Assembly (NCBI GenBank): GCA_030265395.1
Contig: JARFYF010000094.1
Span: 47,148,742 to 47,212,741 of the forward strand
Direction of reading: 5' to 3'
Length of the DNA: 64,000 nucleotides
Source of the DNA: Rhina ancylostomus
Taxonomy: Eukaryota
Below, in pieces: positions 62,815 to 64,000 of the stretch (the stretch's first letter is position 1; each line of letters starts with the position of its first letter). A program made the position numbers and the translations under genes. Under the pieces are notes generated by a model, which worked only from the letters and a program-made list of their open reading frames with translations, was not told where the DNA came from and did no database searches.

Positions 62815-63290
62815 CAAAGAGCTGAAGATGCTCGAAATCTGAAATAAAACTGAAAATGTTGGAAATACTCAGCAGGTCAAGCAGCATCAGTGAAGAGAGA
62901 AACAAAGTAAATGTTTCTCTATGAGGGATAACAAGGCTGACCTCTAAAGTTGGAACACCATATGGTAATTTTAGTCATTGTGTCTATTGCTTTTTTATTT
63001 GCTTCAGTGTTTGCATTTGACCATGCTCATATTGGGAAGGGGTATGGTAATACTCAAATGTTGTGCCAAAACGACGTTGATGTTAACTGAAATGAAAAGA
63101 GAGTGCTGGAAATATTTAGACAGCATCTGTGGACAGAGAAACAAAGTTAATATTTCAGGTCAATGGCCTTTCATCAGAACTAGAAATGGATTGAATTCAA
63201 ATATGTTTTAGGCTGTGAGGGGAGTGGTGGAGAGAACTAGGGGAATGCTTAATAAGGTAGCGATAAGGAGAGACTAAATGGCACAACTGG
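62815..63290. mobile_element. Two Penelope-like terminal repeat fragments
   Basis: gatgctcgaaatctgaaataaaactgaaaatgttggaaatactcagcaggtcaagcagcatc (62827) and gtgctggaaatatttagacagcatctgtggacagagaaac (63103). Confidence 0.6.
63145..63181 (-). ncRNA. Minimal type-I hammerhead ribozyme motif (PLE-associated)
   Basis: Minus strand reads AGUU-CUGAUGA-A-AGG-CCAUUGA-CCU-GAAA-UAUU-AACU: intact CUGAUGA and GAAA boxes, stem I AGUU/AACU, stem II AGG/CCU, palindromic AUAU stem III. Confidence 0.5.
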
Positions 63291-64000
63291 TATTGAGAGA
63301 TGGTGTTGCAAGTTTATTAATCGCCCTGGATCTGTCTGGAGAAGAAGCACATGCAGTAAAGCTGAATGATGATAGAGGATCCATGCCATTTGTCAGCATA
63401 AATATGCATTTTAAGAGTGGAAGGAAATTGCTCTATTGTGACAGCTGGAGTGCATACTGTGTGATCCCATACAATGAGGCAATGGATTATTTCTACATAA
63501 GTACTGCCAATGCTGAAGGCCTTAGAACACACCGGAAACATGGAGAAAATTTTAATAAGATTGTCTGGGCTGTTTTATCACTGTTTAAACATCTTCAGAT
63601 ATGGCCATTTCCAATATGTAATGTCTGTAATGTTTGATCACACATGTGGCATATCTTTTGAGCTTTTTTGAAAGACCTTTATTTTCTCCCAAAGACCCAT
63701 TGGTATAAGCTTGAGGTGGCCTGATCCACAGTACTTTGAGAACAGTTCAAAGGTGTCCATTTATAGAGAGTGCAGCAGTCTGTGGCAAGGGAATTTTGAT
63801 TGTTTCATAGGCAGAAGAGAAAGGGTTGTTGTTTTAATTAACTAGAAATGGATGTTTCAGTGTTTGATAAATTGATATATTGTTGTGTGAGTACCAATAG
63901 AAGAGATTGTCTTATCAGTTTCCAAAGCAAATCCCTCAAGTGGCCTCTCACTGTGAACTGGCAGCCCGTGATCACTATCCTTGGTAAACTAGTTCACTTC

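Noticed and set aside
63278-63637. 119-aa ORF as a possible next DNAH1 exon or nested gene
   Set aside because: No resemblance to the expected next dynein peptide (DNI…IQPYID…KVSKAC) or any known domain; the next exon is probably beyond the window.

Overview
Eukaryotic (vertebrate) genomic DNA with scaffold N-gaps. The repeat content (CR1 LINEs, tRNA-head V/HE1-type SINEs, SacSINE/Deu-like SINEs, Penelope-like terminal repeats) points to a cartilaginous fish, probably a ray or sawfish; this is inference. The whole window lies inside one + strand gene, axonemal dynein heavy chain 1 (DNAH1). I find 18 consecutive internal coding exons (358-60961), all with AG/GT boundaries and compatible phases, splicing to an uninterrupted 3015-nt/1005-aa frame. 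That frame covers the end of AAA2, AAA3 (GPTGTGKT), AAA4 (GVGGSGRQS), stalk coiled-coil 1 and the start of the microtubule-binding domain. Introns are packed with decayed transposons: a structurally complete ancient Gypsy provirus (LTRs, PBS, PPT, gag-pol relics), a second Gypsy gag-pol relic, a near full-length CR1, Rex1/Babar and L2 pieces, a probable solo LTR, a probable Harbinger transposase fossil, and Penelope-like repeats. One Penelope-like copy retains a complete minimal hammerhead ribozyme core. Other oddities are a 1.4-kb GC/CpG-rich block between two CR1 pieces and a double hairpin abutting a splice donor. I see no convincing evidence of a wholly new gene system. All family assignments come from recalled motifs, not database searches.
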